A DNA stretch of 64,000 bases. Source: Craspedostauros australis (Eukaryota). Positions within the stretch are counted from its first letter, which is position 1, and each line of letters opens with the position of its first letter. The notes under the pieces are model-generated. The model did not search any database. It was not told the DNA's origin and saw nothing but the letters and a program-made list of their open reading frames with translations. The position numbers were made by a program, and so were the translations under genes. The stretch spans positions 1 to 64,000 of the forward strand of contig JALAGF010003335.1 in NCBI GenBank assembly GCA_030167865.1, read 5' to 3'. Below are positions 44,120 through 55,330 of the stretch, piece by piece.

Positions 44120-46528
44120 ATGAGCGAAGCAGAAGACTACGATGTCGTTTCATTCGCCGAATCTCCATCGGTGAAGTCCGTTCCTCTGTTCCTGCCGAGC
44201 AACATGGCGTACGACCCTGCCACGCAGACCATCTCGGAGAACAAGGACGCGGAGCCGCTCGGCGATGGAGACGACGACCTCGACGGTCCGCAGTACCCGC
44301 TGGTGCTGGTGCCAGAGGCCGGCGCCAAGATCCTGCAATCCGTCAAGAACGCCCCGATCTCCTGCATCTCCTGCGTGGGACCCTACCGGACGGGAAAGTC
44401 CCTGCTCATGTCCAGGTTCCTCAAGGACTCCAAGGCCTTCCAGGTGGGACCCACGCTCGAGGGATGCACGCGCGGCATCTGGATCTCCACCTCCGCCATC
44501 GTCGGCAACGACAACTGCCACACCTTCCTCCTGGACTGCGAGGGCGCCGGAGACCCGCTGGAAGGCGATGAGGCCTCCAACGTGCGCATCGCCCTCACCT
44601 GCATTCTCATCTCCAGCATCTTCCTCTTCAACAACACGGGCAGGCCCGACCGCGGCAGCCTCCAGTTCCTCTCCTACCTCACCACCATCCGCAAGCGCCT
44701 GCCCACGCCCTCCGCCGATGACGCCGATGCCGACAACAAGCACTTCCCCTCCTTCCTATGGGTCTTCCGCGACTTCTTCCTGCAGCTGCCCAAGCGCAAG
44801 AAGACGGCCGACCACTACACGCTGCAGGAGTACATGCTGGAGCGCGTCCTCGTGTCGTCCAACAGCGGCAATCCCGATGACACCGTCGTCGAGAGCCTGC
44901 TCAACGACTTCCAATCGATGGACGTGCTCAAGATCGGCTACCCGCGCAAGGGCGAGGAGTCCTTCACGCCCGACGAGATGTCCAAGCTCGACGACGTCGC
45001 GTGGGATGACTTCGATGACGACTTCCGTGCCGACGTCGGCGCCGTCATTGCCATGTGCCGATCCAAGGCCACGCCCTTCACGCTGTCGTCGGCGACTGGC
45101 GGGAAGGAGACGGTGGCGACGGGGCCCATCTTTGTGGAGTGGTGCAACCGCGTGCTGGCCTTGGTCAATTCGGAAGACACCATCCCCAACTTGCCGGACC
45201 TGCAGCACCAGCTGCTGCAGACCATCGCCGATGGCGAGCTCGAAAAGGCCGTCGACAGCTACAAGGAGAGCATGCAGGGCTATCTGGATGCCTGTCCACC
45301 GTACAATGACAATGAGACCACGAAGGAGACCACGGACGCGCTCGTCGAAACGTACAACCTCGAGGGTGTGGCCGAAAAGACGGACCTCGTCGACAAGAGC
45401 GAGGAATTCGCCTCCGCTTTGGCCGAGACCATGAAGGAAGCCATCGGCTCGCCGCCGTTGGCCGATGTCACCATGCAGCGATTGCAATCCATGTGCACGG
45501 ATGAGTCCGCGGCGTCATCGTCCTTCCTGTCCAAGCTCGTCTCGCTCAACAAGGACCGCTCCGAGGCATCGTGTTTGGCGTTGGCGCGTTCCATGTACTT
45601 TGAGATGCGCGAGAACGTGCGCGACGATGCCACCAACATCACGGAGGACGATTTTGCCGCCATGGTGTCGGCCTTGCTGGAGAACTTCCGATCCAGCGCG
45701 CGTGGACCGGCCGTGGAGGGCACCATCGATACCTTCATCAAGGAACAGGAGGAGGCGGACGTCAACTTCCTCAACAAGGTGCGCGGCATCTACGAGCTGT
45801 ACCAGACCACGATGAAAGAGAAGGAGGAGCTCGATGCAAAGGTCAAGGAGACGGAGCAGAAGGTCGAGGAACTGGAGATCACCATGGAAGAGACCAAGCA
45901 GGAGCATGCCGAGCAGGTCAAGACTCTGAATGCCGAAGCCGAGGCGAACGTGCAGAAATTGAATGCCGATCACGAGGAGGCCATGGGGGTGGCCATTGCG
46001 GAACAGCAGGAGATCCAGGCCACGAAGCTCAACGAGCTCACCGAAGACATGAACGCCAAGATCGAAGTATTGCATCAGGAGCGCAAGGCGGAGCTGGAGG
46101 CCAAGGAACTCGAACTGGAGAACGCCAAGCAGGATGCCGAACGCAAGCTCGCGGAAGAAATCAATGCGCGCGAGGATCACCTCAAAAAGACGGAGGCTTC
46201 GCATGCCTCGCAGATTGAGGAGCTCATGAAGGTGGCCGATGAAAAGATGCAAGGTGAGATCGTGGCGGCCGAGAGCAAGCGCAAGAAGGAGATCACGGTC
46301 CTCAACGAGGAAATGACGAGCAAGTTGCACGAAGCCGAGGAGCGCATGCGCCTGGAGATTCTGGAGCGCGAGAAGCGATTGAACGAAGAGGAGGAGAAAC
46401 ATCGCGACGAATTGGAAAAGACGCGCTTGAAATTGCTAAAGGAACAGGATGAGGAGCGCGAGAAGTACCTCAGGCAGATCGATGATCTCAACGCGCGCTG
46501 TTTCAATCCTCAGTGTTGCACCATGTGA
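44120..46528 (+). CDS. Guanylate-binding protein (GBP/atlastin family large GTPase) with coiled-coil tail and CaaX box
   Basis: GPYRTGKS (G1), CTRGIW (G2), LLDCEG (G3) and WVFRDF (G4); long E/K-rich coiled coil; ends CCTM*. Start placed at the AACATG at 44120. Confidence 0.9.
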   Translation: MSEAEDYDVVSFAESPSVKSVPLFLPSNMAYDPATQTISENKDAEPLGDGDDDLDGPQYPLVLVPEAGAKILQSVKNAPISCISCVGPYRTGKSLLMSRFLKDSKAFQVGPTLEGCTRGIWISTSAIVGNDNCHTFLLDCEGAGDPLEGDEASNVRIALTCILISSIFLFNNTGRPDRGSLQFLSYLTTIRKRLPTPSADDADADNKHFPSFLWVFRDFFLQLPKRKKTADHYTLQEYMLERVLVSSNSGNPDDTVVESLLNDFQSMDVLKIGYPRKGEESFTPDEMSKLDDVAWDDFDDDFRADVGAVIAMCRSKATPFTLSSATGGKETVATGPIFVEWCNRVLALVNSEDTIPNLPDLQHQLLQTIADGELEKAVDSYKESMQGYLDACPPYNDNETTKETTDALVETYNLEGVAEKTDLVDKSEEFASALAETMKEAIGSPPLADVTMQRLQSMCTDESAASSSFLSKLVSLNKDRSEASCLALARSMYFEMRENVRDDATNITEDDFAAMVSALLENFRSSARGPAVEGTIDTFIKEQEEADVNFLNKVRGIYELYQTTMKEKEELDAKVKETEQKVEELEITMEETKQEHAEQVKTLNAEAEANVQKLNADHEEAMGVAIAEQQEIQATKLNELTEDMNAKIEVLHQERKAELEAKELELENAKQDAERKLAEEINAREDHLKKTEASHASQIEELMKVADEKMQGEIVAAESKRKKEITVLNEEMTSKLHEAEERMRLEILEREKRLNEEEEKHRDELEKTRLKLLKEQDEEREKYLRQIDDLNARCFNPQCCTM

Positions 46529-47187
46529 GATATCCTCGACGCACTGTGCGGCAATAGAGAGCGTTAATGAGCGCGCGCATCTCCGTTGCTCCATCTGGCA
46601 CAGTGCGTCGGTGTGACATATGTTTGTCTGCAAGTCAGAAATCTTGAAAATAAGTGCAACAAAGTGAATGTGCGAAGGTGGTACAGTGAGGTCGGGTCGG
46701 TGTGGAATCCTCGATCCTTGCCCAAATGAAGTATAATCGTAAAGTGTAATATGCAGTAACATGATAGCGTGTGTGTGCGTACGCTTACGCGTACGAGTTT
46801 GTCGGCTATCTACAGATGCCATTACGTTGGAGCATTGCATTGCAAGTTGTGGCAACTTGGGGGTGACGAAAGGCAGTTGTGGCGCATTGTTGAGAAAGGT
46901 CGTGACCATGTTCCACAGTCGAAAGCCATCAACGCAAATGCCAGTTGGCTCAACATCCAACGACACAGTACAACCTTCAGTGCGGCTTCGAGTGCATATC
47001 TTCTGGTTTGATTGTGGCGAAGTATTTTACTAATAGTGGTGTATTGTATTGTACAAGTCTAAGGGATGGAAGTATTGGTACAGGAGTCGGTTTGGCGCCA
47101 TGCTCCGGTTCGTTGCCTTCGCGTTTGTTTGCGAACAACGAAAGAGCGCGGCAAGTGCATACCGGACAGAGAGGGAGGAATGCGTGC

Positions 47188-47832
47188 TCACGACAACAGA
47201 GCCTCCTCGATCTTGATGATCTGCGTCACGGTGGATCCTCGCAGTCCCTTCGTCTCGTGGTGGTCTTCGTGGTCATTCTTGGTGATGGCCTTGCTATCGC
47301 ACGTCTCTCCTTCGTGCTTCACGACGAAGTGCTTGGATGCGGCGACGACGTTGTACACAGGTGGGGAGTCGGACGAAGAATCCGAAACGGAAGACAAGTC
47401 CTCGTCTTCCTCTTCGTCGCCCATCTCACGCACCAAGACCAGCTTGTAGGATCCTGCCGCGAGGGGCGCGCCCTGGAACTGGAATCGGAACTTGCCCCAT
47501 TGCGGGCACTTCTTTCCATTCGGGTAGACATCGTGGCTGCATGCCCACACCCAAATCCCATTGTCGTGCAGGCTGGTGACGTTCTCTCCGTCGTCGACTT
47601 CACCGTCGTCGGATGAGAGGTACAGAGCCACGCGGTCATTGTACTGCGGAAATTGGTTGATGAAACGCGCGATGATCTTCTCGCCGCTCTCGAAGCAGTG
47701 CTTGTTTGTGGAGATCTTCGTCTGGTCTTCCTCTTCGCTCGCGGCCATGACGACAGCGCAATTGTTCGACAGGATGAGGCACAGCGATGATGCCCAGGCG
47801 AGGACGGTGAGGAGGGATGATGTGGATCTCAT
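47188..47832 (-). CDS. Small secreted protein with predicted beta-sandwich (Ig-like) domain
   Basis: Signal peptide MRSTSSLLTVLAWASSLCLIL; beta-strand pattern (GEKIIARF, DRVALY, IWVWAC, LAAGSYKLVL, AASKHFVV). The fold is inferred. Confidence 0.6.
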   Translation of the reverse strand: MRSTSSLLTVLAWASSLCLILSNNCAVVMAASEEEDQTKISTNKHCFESGEKIIARFINQFPQYNDRVALYLSSDDGEVDDGENVTSLHDNGIWVWACSHDVYPNGKKCPQWGKFRFQFQGAPLAAGSYKLVLVREMGDEEEDEDLSSVSDSSSDSPPVYNVVAASKHFVVKHEGETCDSKAITKNDHEDHHETKGLRGSTVTQIIKIEEALLS

Positions 47833-49072
47833 GGTGGCTTGTTTTGTTGGTGGCGTTGGAATTCGAACTGTGGGATAGAGGAGAGGTGTCGTCGATGCTG
47901 TTGTCGATGTTGATGTTGATACTGATGCTTGTGCCGTTTTATGCAGTCTGTTGGTGGGTGGTTCCGATTTGTGAACCAACTTGGTTGTTACATTGGCGCG
48001 AAATCAATCGGGGAAACGGTGATTTGTGACAACCCACGAACTGCGAGCCACATCAACGAACACCGTTGTCATTCCCGTCAGATTTTGGGACTCCAACCTA
48101 CATAATATTTATTCATCCATGAAGGTTTACATATCGATCAAACAACGTACTGAATAAAATTACCAATTATATTCATTTCAACGCATATCCATAAGACAGC
48201 AACCTTCACCTTCTCTTTAACACGTACATTGATTCTGTTCACGTCGTTGTTAGAAAATCAATATGGATACGCGGTACAATGCCAATAATTTACTAATTTG
48301 TTTCAAGTACGTTACAGCATGTCTTGTTGCCGTCACACTCCTTCCCATGTCGTTATGATGACAAGAAGTCACTTAACGCGGCGCCGTTGTATTGCGGCGG
48401 TTGTTTCGTCTCCGCGTGTCGCGTTTCGTCCGAAGCGACACGTGACTTGTGGAGAGTTGGCACGATGTTATGACGCCACATCCGTGATTTGTGTGTCCAA
48501 TCGTGCAGAATCGAAGACCAACCACGAAACAACACACGAAACACACGCATGGCCTCGTCTTGATCACAAAATGAACCACATTCGGAACTCGTGTCGCCCA
48601 AATTGAAGGTGTGCACAGCACGCAGCATTTCACAACGATCGGAACATCAATGCGACCGTGATGCATGGCCCACTGATATGCAGAGGATGAGTCGAGTAGA
48701 GCAGAGTTGGACAATTCACAATATTACAAATAATGCGATCCTATTCCCGATTTACTCTTCTAGTAGTACGCATTGAGGATATGGATATACTCACGCAACA
48801 AATATTGGGAGAGTTGTAGTACAGTCGTTTGTGTCCTCTTCAACTAATTGCCATTGAACGAATTCATTCTGATCCACGCTGCTCCTTTCCGTAGGAAGCA
48901 GGAATCAAGACGAACGAGGGAGAGGGATCGACAGATGGAACCGGAGAACGAAGCACAGCGTGTGTCACGATGGTGTTCACCACAATCGTAACATTCTCAT
49001 TGTGTGTCGTCGTTGCTGCATCTCGTGGACGAACGAGTTCATGGAGTGTGTCTTTGTCACTCTCTCTCTCTC

Positions 49073-52000
49073 TCATCCATACAATGAGGAGGCAGAGCTG
49101 CTGATGGATGACCCATTGTGTTCCAGTCGATGGACGAACTGTTCTGGGATGGGCACCTCCTTGCGATCACCGGCTGGCCCGACAGGCAAGGACGCAGACA
49201 TTTCGGTGCTCATGCTCGTGACGAAGGTAGTGACTTCGACACTCTCCGCGCTCAGCCAGCACAGCACGCCCGTGGAGGTATCGATGGAGAACGTGGGGCA
49301 GATGCCGTTGGTTTGCGCACCGATCTTGTTGCTGTTCACGATCTCGCATGTGCTGATGACGGTGTCGAAGACCAAGTTGAACTTCGAGCAGTTCTCCACG
49401 ACGATGGAGTTGCACTTGCCCTTGACGGTGATTGTGACGCCATGGCAGTCGGTGATCAACAGCTTCAGCGCGGGCGTCGTGCAGTCGAACGTCAGCATGT
49501 TCGATCCGTAGTGCTTTTCAACCGACTTCTTTGTTTGCTTGGAGATGATGCACCTGTTGCCCTGCTTGGTGAATTCGGCAAAGTTCTCTGTTATTGCCGG
49601 GCGAGGGGAAGCGCTGCTGTTGCCGCGTTTCTCGTTGACTGAGGTGGTTGCTTGTGCGACTGTTACCGTTTGCTGTGTTGCAGTTCTGGCCTTCGCCGAT
49701 GCTTTGGGTGTTGCCATGGAAGCTGATGTCGAGCCTGATCCTGACGTTTTCGACGTTGATGCAGACACTGATGGACAGTCTGGCTGCGGCACGGACGTGG
49801 AAGCTGCTGTCGAGCCTGATTCTGATGTTTTCGACTTCGACGTCGGCGCAGACGCTGATGGACAGTCTGGGAGCGACACGGACACGGAACCTGACAAGGT
49901 GGATGCTGAGATTGATCGTGCGGAGTCTTCGCCGATGGACATGTCTGTTGTCGTTGTTCGAATGGTGGTCACAGACGATTTGCCTTCATCTTCATCCTTG
50001 TCTTCCGCATGTACTTTGGCAGTAGCACTGGACAAAAACTTCGTTGCATCCGGTGGCTGATTGACCGATCGTGTCCCAGCACGTTCCTGCTTCGAGTTGG
50101 TACTTTTGGTTGTGCTGTTGGTGGTTCTCTCACTCCTTCGACTGATCCAACTCTTTCCACTCTTTGTGGATCCAACGCTGGCGCTCGAACTTCGGCGTCC
50201 TTGTTCTCCTGAAGTCTTCGATCCACGGGAAGAGATACTGCCGGTGCTGATGGCTTTGGTATTTGTCTTCTTGCTACTGTTGCTGCTGATGCTGTTGCTG
50301 CTGCCGTTCTTAGTCTGCTTCGTGCTGCTGCTTCCCTTGCTGCCAACGGAACGACCGCCCAAATACTTGGACAGGAAGTTCCTTGGCTTCTTCTGCTTTC
50401 CACGCCGGACGCTGCTCGATTGCGTGCTGCCAGATATACTCTGATCATCTCCCTGTTGCTCTTGCGCCGGCTTTTGTTCCCGTGTGCTCCGCGTGGTGGA
50501 ATCAGGCCGACTTCTGCGGCTGCTGGATGAAAGGGACGATGCTGCTCCATCACAGCTGCTGCCTTCGGACTTACGCTCGTCGCCACTGCAGCAATCATCG
50601 TCGTCGGCCGAAGCGAACTTCGTGGTGGAGTTCCGCCGTTGATGCTGCTTCACTGCTACCTGCTTGCTGACCATCTGCTTCTCCTCCTCCTTGTGCTGCA
50701 TCTGAATGATGAGGTCGAGCACGGCCTCCGTGGCCTGACTGGATTCGTCCCACTTGGATTCCTCCTCCTGCCCGAACATGTTGATGAGACCCCCGAGCAC
50801 GGACGATGCCACGCTGTCCTCATCCATCACTTCACCGACTCGTTTGTTGATCTCGTCGGCGAAGTCTTTGTCACCGTTCAACAGCCGCACCACGTTCTGA
50901 TTGATGGCATTCTTTCGACAGCGCTCCAGCACATCGTCTGCGACCTTCGGTGTGACATCGACGAGGAAGAGCACGGTCTTCAAGTCGATCGCAGCGCCGG
51001 AATGGCATGCGTAGTACAGAGGGATGTTTCCGAAGTCATCTTCCTTCGTCCAGTCGTTCCCCTCGGCCTTGTGGAATTTCTCCAATGCCTCCAGGTTACC
51101 GAGCTTGGCTGCAATCCAAGGATCGAAAGAATCGTTGGACGCTGCATCGACGTCATCCAGATCTTCGAACAAGGCAACGATTTCATTCTTTGCGTGGAGG
51201 GATGATACGATGCTACGAGATGAATCGCTGCCACCGTCATCGCGTGTTGATGGTCGTGAACGAGGTGTGCTTGTGACGGGAACGGCATTTCTATTCGCGT
51301 TCTCACCACCATCGTTCTCGGGATCGTTGCCATTGTCATTTCTGGCATCAGCGCTGGTGCCATTGTCAGTGCTGGTGGTGTTCATCAGTACTTGAGATAG
51401 TTTGGCTGCTGTTGCTGCTGTTGTGGACTTGTTCGAACCCTGTGCACTGTGGACACTCCTGGCTGATCCCTCGGATGCTGCGGACTCTCCATCACGATTG
51501 GATTGCATCGAATCAACGGGCGGTGTTGATGTATTACTGGGCGCTGGCTTGTGCGTGGTGGCGTTGGCGACAGCATGGGGTCCAAGACCAATGGCCTCAA
51601 CGACCATGGAGATGATGGAGGAGTCTGAAACGACCGGCTTGATGTCGGCCTGTTCGCCAGAAGCACCGGACTCCGCACTTGAGACATCTTCGACTATCGG
51701 TGCCCTGCGCACTTGCATAGTGTCAGACGTTTCGTTGGATTTTGCGGTTGTTCGTGTTGTCGATGTTGTTGATTTGGCAGAGTGGATGGATGTGTCACTA
51801 CCGTTTGCACGCTTGGCGGAGACTTGCTTGGATGCCGCGATTTCGTCGTCGCCAGACTTCAAGGCTGCCGCCGTCTGTGCGCCAATGGGATCATCAGTTG
51901 ATGATCTGGACAACCTGGCCGAAGCCTTCGATTTAGACGACAGCGTGTCGGTGGATTTGTTTGATTTGCTGGATTTTTCAGACTTCGTTGTGTCCATTGT

Positions 52001-53353
52001 GTCATCTCCGTCATCCGCATGCGACGCGCTGGTGAGGTCGCTGGTCTTGCATGTTGCTTCCGATGCCGACGACTTGCTCTTCTTGATCATCTTCAGCGAT
52101 TGTGCCGATTTGCTGGTAGAGTTGACGGAGGTTGTGGTGGCATGATTCTTTGTCGCGGCGTTGCTGTCGCCGAGACTGATGTTGCTCGCGTTTGCGCTGG
52201 TCTTGGATGGTGCGATTGATGCTGTCCTTTCGCTCATTATGGCGTTGACTTCGTCGGTGTCATCTCCATTGTCCGAAGAGGTCGTGGAGTCCACGCAAGT
52301 TGGAGCCTCGGAGAAGATTGTGCTGTTCGCATGGTCGGAGTCATTGGGCATGATGCGCTCTCGCGCCGACACTTTCTGCATGGATCTGAGAAAGAGACGG
52401 CGAGGATCGGCACGGGCTTGGTTGCTGCCGAAGGAGAACCGCGAGCGGAATGACCGGGTGGATTTCGTGGAGATCGTGCTGTCGTCTTCGTATTCGCTGC
52501 TTGCCATGGAGGAGTAGCCATGACCTTCGATGTTGCCGTCGAGCGCAGTCTCATCCTCGTCTTCCTCGTCATGATCCTCTTCACTGTCGTCTTTTTCCTT
52601 GTTGGCCTGTTCAGCTTGGTGACGGTACTTTGCCAGTAGCTTCGATTTTCTCGTCTCCTTGCCGCCGACGTTCGGGGAAGATTTGGGGGCTTCAGCCGCA
52701 TCGCGTTGATCTTGGGAAGCAGCTCTGGATGTCTGTGCAGCGCTATCCCTCACCTCATGGACCATTCTGGCAGGACCACGCGGTGTCAGTTGCAACCCCT
52801 TGAGCGAAGCCATCTTGGGTGATGACAGTGTTCCCGGCATCTCACCTCTCTGATGTCTCGAGCTCGTGGATGGTTTCGCAGTCGAGGTTGCAACATGGAA
52901 GACGCACTCGATGTCAGCCTCATCGGCTTGACCATTGACAGTCTCCCACGCGTTGACGTTCGTAATGTCCATCATCGTTGCACTCTCCAATACGATGTGA
53001 TGGTTGGGTATCGCGTTCCGACTTTCATCGACACTGTCCCTGTCCCTGTGGCTGCCGTAGCTTCCGTAGTTGGCAGACACTCCTGTCCGACCATCGAGCT
53101 CCAACGACCTGGCCAGCTTGGCTGGTGGCGAGGTTCTTCTGCCTCTCGCGTTCTTCTTCTCCTTCTCGTTCTCGCCATCATTCTCCATCTCCCTCACTTT
53201 CATGTACATCTTGGTGTACATCCTCTTCCACGTCTTCTTCCTCGTCGTTTCGTCCATGTCCATGAACTTGCTGATCTTCCGCGTATCGATGGCGGGACAG
53301 CACAGATGCTTCAGCATCACGTCATCTGACGACGTGGATGCGCTCGTCTTCAT
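49073..53353 (-). CDS. Large Ser/Thr-rich protein with ankyrin-like repeats and C-terminal CAP_C (CARP) domain
   Basis: WIAAKLGNLEAL..EDDFGNIPLYYACHSG (ankyrin); ITVKGKCNSIVVENC..CEIVNS..PTFSID..EVPIPEQF (C-terminal domain of cyclase-associated protein). Confidence 0.8.
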   Translation of the reverse strand: MKTSASTSSDDVMLKHLCCPAIDTRKISKFMDMDETTRKKTWKRMYTKMYMKVREMENDGENEKEKKNARGRRTSPPAKLARSLELDGRTGVSANYGSYGSHRDRDSVDESRNAIPNHHIVLESATMMDITNVNAWETVNGQADEADIECVFHVATSTAKPSTSSRHQRGEMPGTLSSPKMASLKGLQLTPRGPARMVHEVRDSAAQTSRAASQDQRDAAEAPKSSPNVGGKETRKSKLLAKYRHQAEQANKEKDDSEEDHDEEDEDETALDGNIEGHGYSSMASSEYEDDSTISTKSTRSFRSRFSFGSNQARADPRRLFLRSMQKVSARERIMPNDSDHANSTIFSEAPTCVDSTTSSDNGDDTDEVNAIMSERTASIAPSKTSANASNISLGDSNAATKNHATTTSVNSTSKSAQSLKMIKKSKSSASEATCKTSDLTSASHADDGDDTMDTTKSEKSSKSNKSTDTLSSKSKASARLSRSSTDDPIGAQTAAALKSGDDEIAASKQVSAKRANGSDTSIHSAKSTTSTTRTTAKSNETSDTMQVRRAPIVEDVSSAESGASGEQADIKPVVSDSSIISMVVEAIGLGPHAVANATTHKPAPSNTSTPPVDSMQSNRDGESAASEGSARSVHSAQGSNKSTTAATAAKLSQVLMNTTSTDNGTSADARNDNGNDPENDGGENANRNAVPVTSTPRSRPSTRDDGGSDSSRSIVSSLHAKNEIVALFEDLDDVDAASNDSFDPWIAAKLGNLEALEKFHKAEGNDWTKEDDFGNIPLYYACHSGAAIDLKTVLFLVDVTPKVADDVLERCRKNAINQNVVRLLNGDKDFADEINKRVGEVMDEDSVASSVLGGLINMFGQEEESKWDESSQATEAVLDLIIQMQHKEEEKQMVSKQVAVKQHQRRNSTTKFASADDDDCCSGDERKSEGSSCDGAASSLSSSSRRSRPDSTTRSTREQKPAQEQQGDDQSISGSTQSSSVRRGKQKKPRNFLSKYLGGRSVGSKGSSSTKQTKNGSSNSISSNSSKKTNTKAISTGSISSRGSKTSGEQGRRSSSASVGSTKSGKSWISRRSERTTNSTTKSTNSKQERAGTRSVNQPPDATKFLSSATAKVHAEDKDEDEGKSSVTTIRTTTTDMSIGEDSARSISASTLSGSVSVSLPDCPSASAPTSKSKTSESGSTAASTSVPQPDCPSVSASTSKTSGSGSTSASMATPKASAKARTATQQTVTVAQATTSVNEKRGNSSASPRPAITENFAEFTKQGNRCIISKQTKKSVEKHYGSNMLTFDCTTPALKLLITDCHGVTITVKGKCNSIVVENCSKFNLVFDTVISTCEIVNSNKIGAQTNGICPTFSIDTSTGVLCWLSAESVEVTTFVTSMSTEMSASLPVGPAGDRKEVPIPEQFVHRLEHNGSSISSSASSLYG
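49718..49870. repeat. Imperfect internal tandem duplication (about 81-bp period) within the ankyrin-CAP_C gene
   Basis: Two copies of ggaagctg.tgtcgagcctgat.ctga.gttttcgac...gcagac.ctgatggacagtctgg, encoding PDCPS.SA..SKTS.SGST.AS twice. Confidence 0.8.
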
Positions 53354-54442
53354 GGTTGCTCGCTCACTACTAATATCACCACCGAGTGCTTATGTTTGCG
53401 TGGTCTCGCACTACCACTACGGCTTGCACTTTGCGCTTCCAGTTGCAGAGTTGCGCTTGAACACTCAGTTTCACTTCGGTGGTTGGGACCCCTGAAGGTG
53501 CCAACAAATGGGGCAGGCAATGGTGAGTTGGGAGCGTGATGCGTTCGTTTCGTTTCCGTTTGTCTCGTTGTGGATGTGGGGATGGGAAGGAACCTTCGTG
53601 ATGTTCTCTGGAGTCAGTCTTCTCTCAAGACATAGCAATCTCACAGAGCGGAGCACAAGCAGAAACATTCCGTTGTCTTCTGGTGGCTTTGTTCGGTGCT
53701 CAACCATCAAGATACGAGGACACGCCAGTGATTCGAGTTGACCTCGCCAAATCGCCTCCATCCACACCGTTGTTGCCTCGTTTCGTGCATGGAAGAAGAA
53801 CAGGAGAAACCAACATCAGCGAAACCACAACGTTTGTGAGCCCGGAAGTGGGCGATCGCTGGTTCGGCTGGCTTCTTCTCCAATTATCGTAGATATGTCT
53901 CATGCGACATTCAATGTGGAGATGACATAACACACCTCAGTTTTGGGCGATTCGCAATCGTCACGGTTGTGGACGTTGCAACAGGCGAAATCTGATCAGA
54001 AATCTTGCATGTTCGAGAAGAACTAGTGAATTATTGCATGTTCTGCGAACCATCAGAAGTGCACAAATCACGTTTTTGAACATAAATGATCATTAATATG
54101 GAAAGAAGCGTTTTTGTCGAAAGTTGAATTCTGTCCTCGTCGCTATTGTTGCGTATTTTATCCTATTTTCTGTGGCAATTGCAGTCGATGTAGTCCAATA
54201 TTACATTTAGGACATCGCGTTGCTTCGCTCCTGTTCATTCTGAGAGAACACACAAAGAAATAACAACAACGACAATGATCTTGAACATGGATGTGACACA
54301 CAACTCGCCAACTCCCTCCATCCACTTCATCCCATCCCCCAATGAAGATAGAGGCAAGGACACGACAGCGATCATTCCTGAAGTACGAGCACGACAACGA
54401 GTGCTCCACCGCTGCGCACAGACACGAGAATAGAGAGGAGCG

Positions 54443-55330
54443 ATGGATCCGTTCGGTCTGAAGACGACGGCGCTGGCGTTCGCCGTCGCCACATCGATAT
54501 GCGCCCGCGCCATCAAGCGCAAGTCGCTGACTCCGTCTGGCACCGTGGCGGCCTTCGCCGTGGGTTTCCTCTCGGTGGTCACAGGACTGCGCGGCATGTC
54601 CCTCCTCGTGTTCTACCAAGTCGCGACGAAGGCCACCAAGTACAAGGCCGAGCTGAAGCTGAAACAGGACGCGACGGCTGAAAGTTCATCACAACGCGGG
54701 CCTTCGCAGGTGCTGGCGTGCAGCGCGTTGGCGGTTGCGCTGGGTCTTTGGCACGCGTACAAGCACGGGGCGGAGCGGCCCATCGATTTCGCGCAGTACA
54801 CACAGCAATCGCATCTGGCATGCGCCATCCTGGCCCACCATGCGACGTGCCTGGCCGACACTCTGGCATCCGAACTCGGCATGCTGGCCACGACATCCCC
54901 GGTCCTCATCACGCAGCCCTGGCGGACTGTGCCGCCCGGTACGAACGGCGGTGTGACAGTTTGGGGCACGGCGTGCAGCGCGTTGGGAGGTTTCATCATC
55001 GCGCTGGCCACGATACTGTGGGATGCCATGTCCGGTCTCCTCGCATTCGGCGATGTCACGTACGTGCTGCAGATACTGATGTTCGGATCGATTTGCGGGT
55101 TGGCGGGGTCGTTCTTTGATTCCCTCTTGGGGGCGGTCGTGCAGGAGACGTACTGGGATGAGGAGCGCAAGCTGATCTACCACGCTCACACGGAGAACAG
55201 ACCCAAGACGGCCAAGCTGCTGACGGGGAGCGACATCCTCAACAATGAGCAAGTGAACCTGGTCAGCGTCGCCATCACGACGTTCCTCGGTGGATACGTC
55301 ATCGGGCCTTTCATCTTTGGATCTGCATGA
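54443..55330 (+). CDS. TMEM19 / DUF92 integral membrane protein
   Basis: KSLTPSG, QRGPSQVLA, LADTLASELG, VPPGTNGGVT, DSLLGAVVQ and DILNNEQVNLVS. Confidence 0.9.
   Translation: MDPFGLKTTALAFAVATSICARAIKRKSLTPSGTVAAFAVGFLSVVTGLRGMSLLVFYQVATKATKYKAELKLKQDATAESSSQRGPSQVLACSALAVALGLWHAYKHGAERPIDFAQYTQQSHLACAILAHHATCLADTLASELGMLATTSPVLITQPWRTVPPGTNGGVTVWGTACSALGGFIIALATILWDAMSGLLAFGDVTYVLQILMFGSICGLAGSFFDSLLGAVVQETYWDEERKLIYHAHTENRPKTAKLLTGSDILNNEQVNLVSVAITTFLGGYVIGPFIFGSA

Noticed and set aside
54005-54050. Repeated TTGCATGTTC and an HSE-like TTCnnGAA in a divergent promoter region
   Set aside because: Too short to distinguish from chance without functional data.
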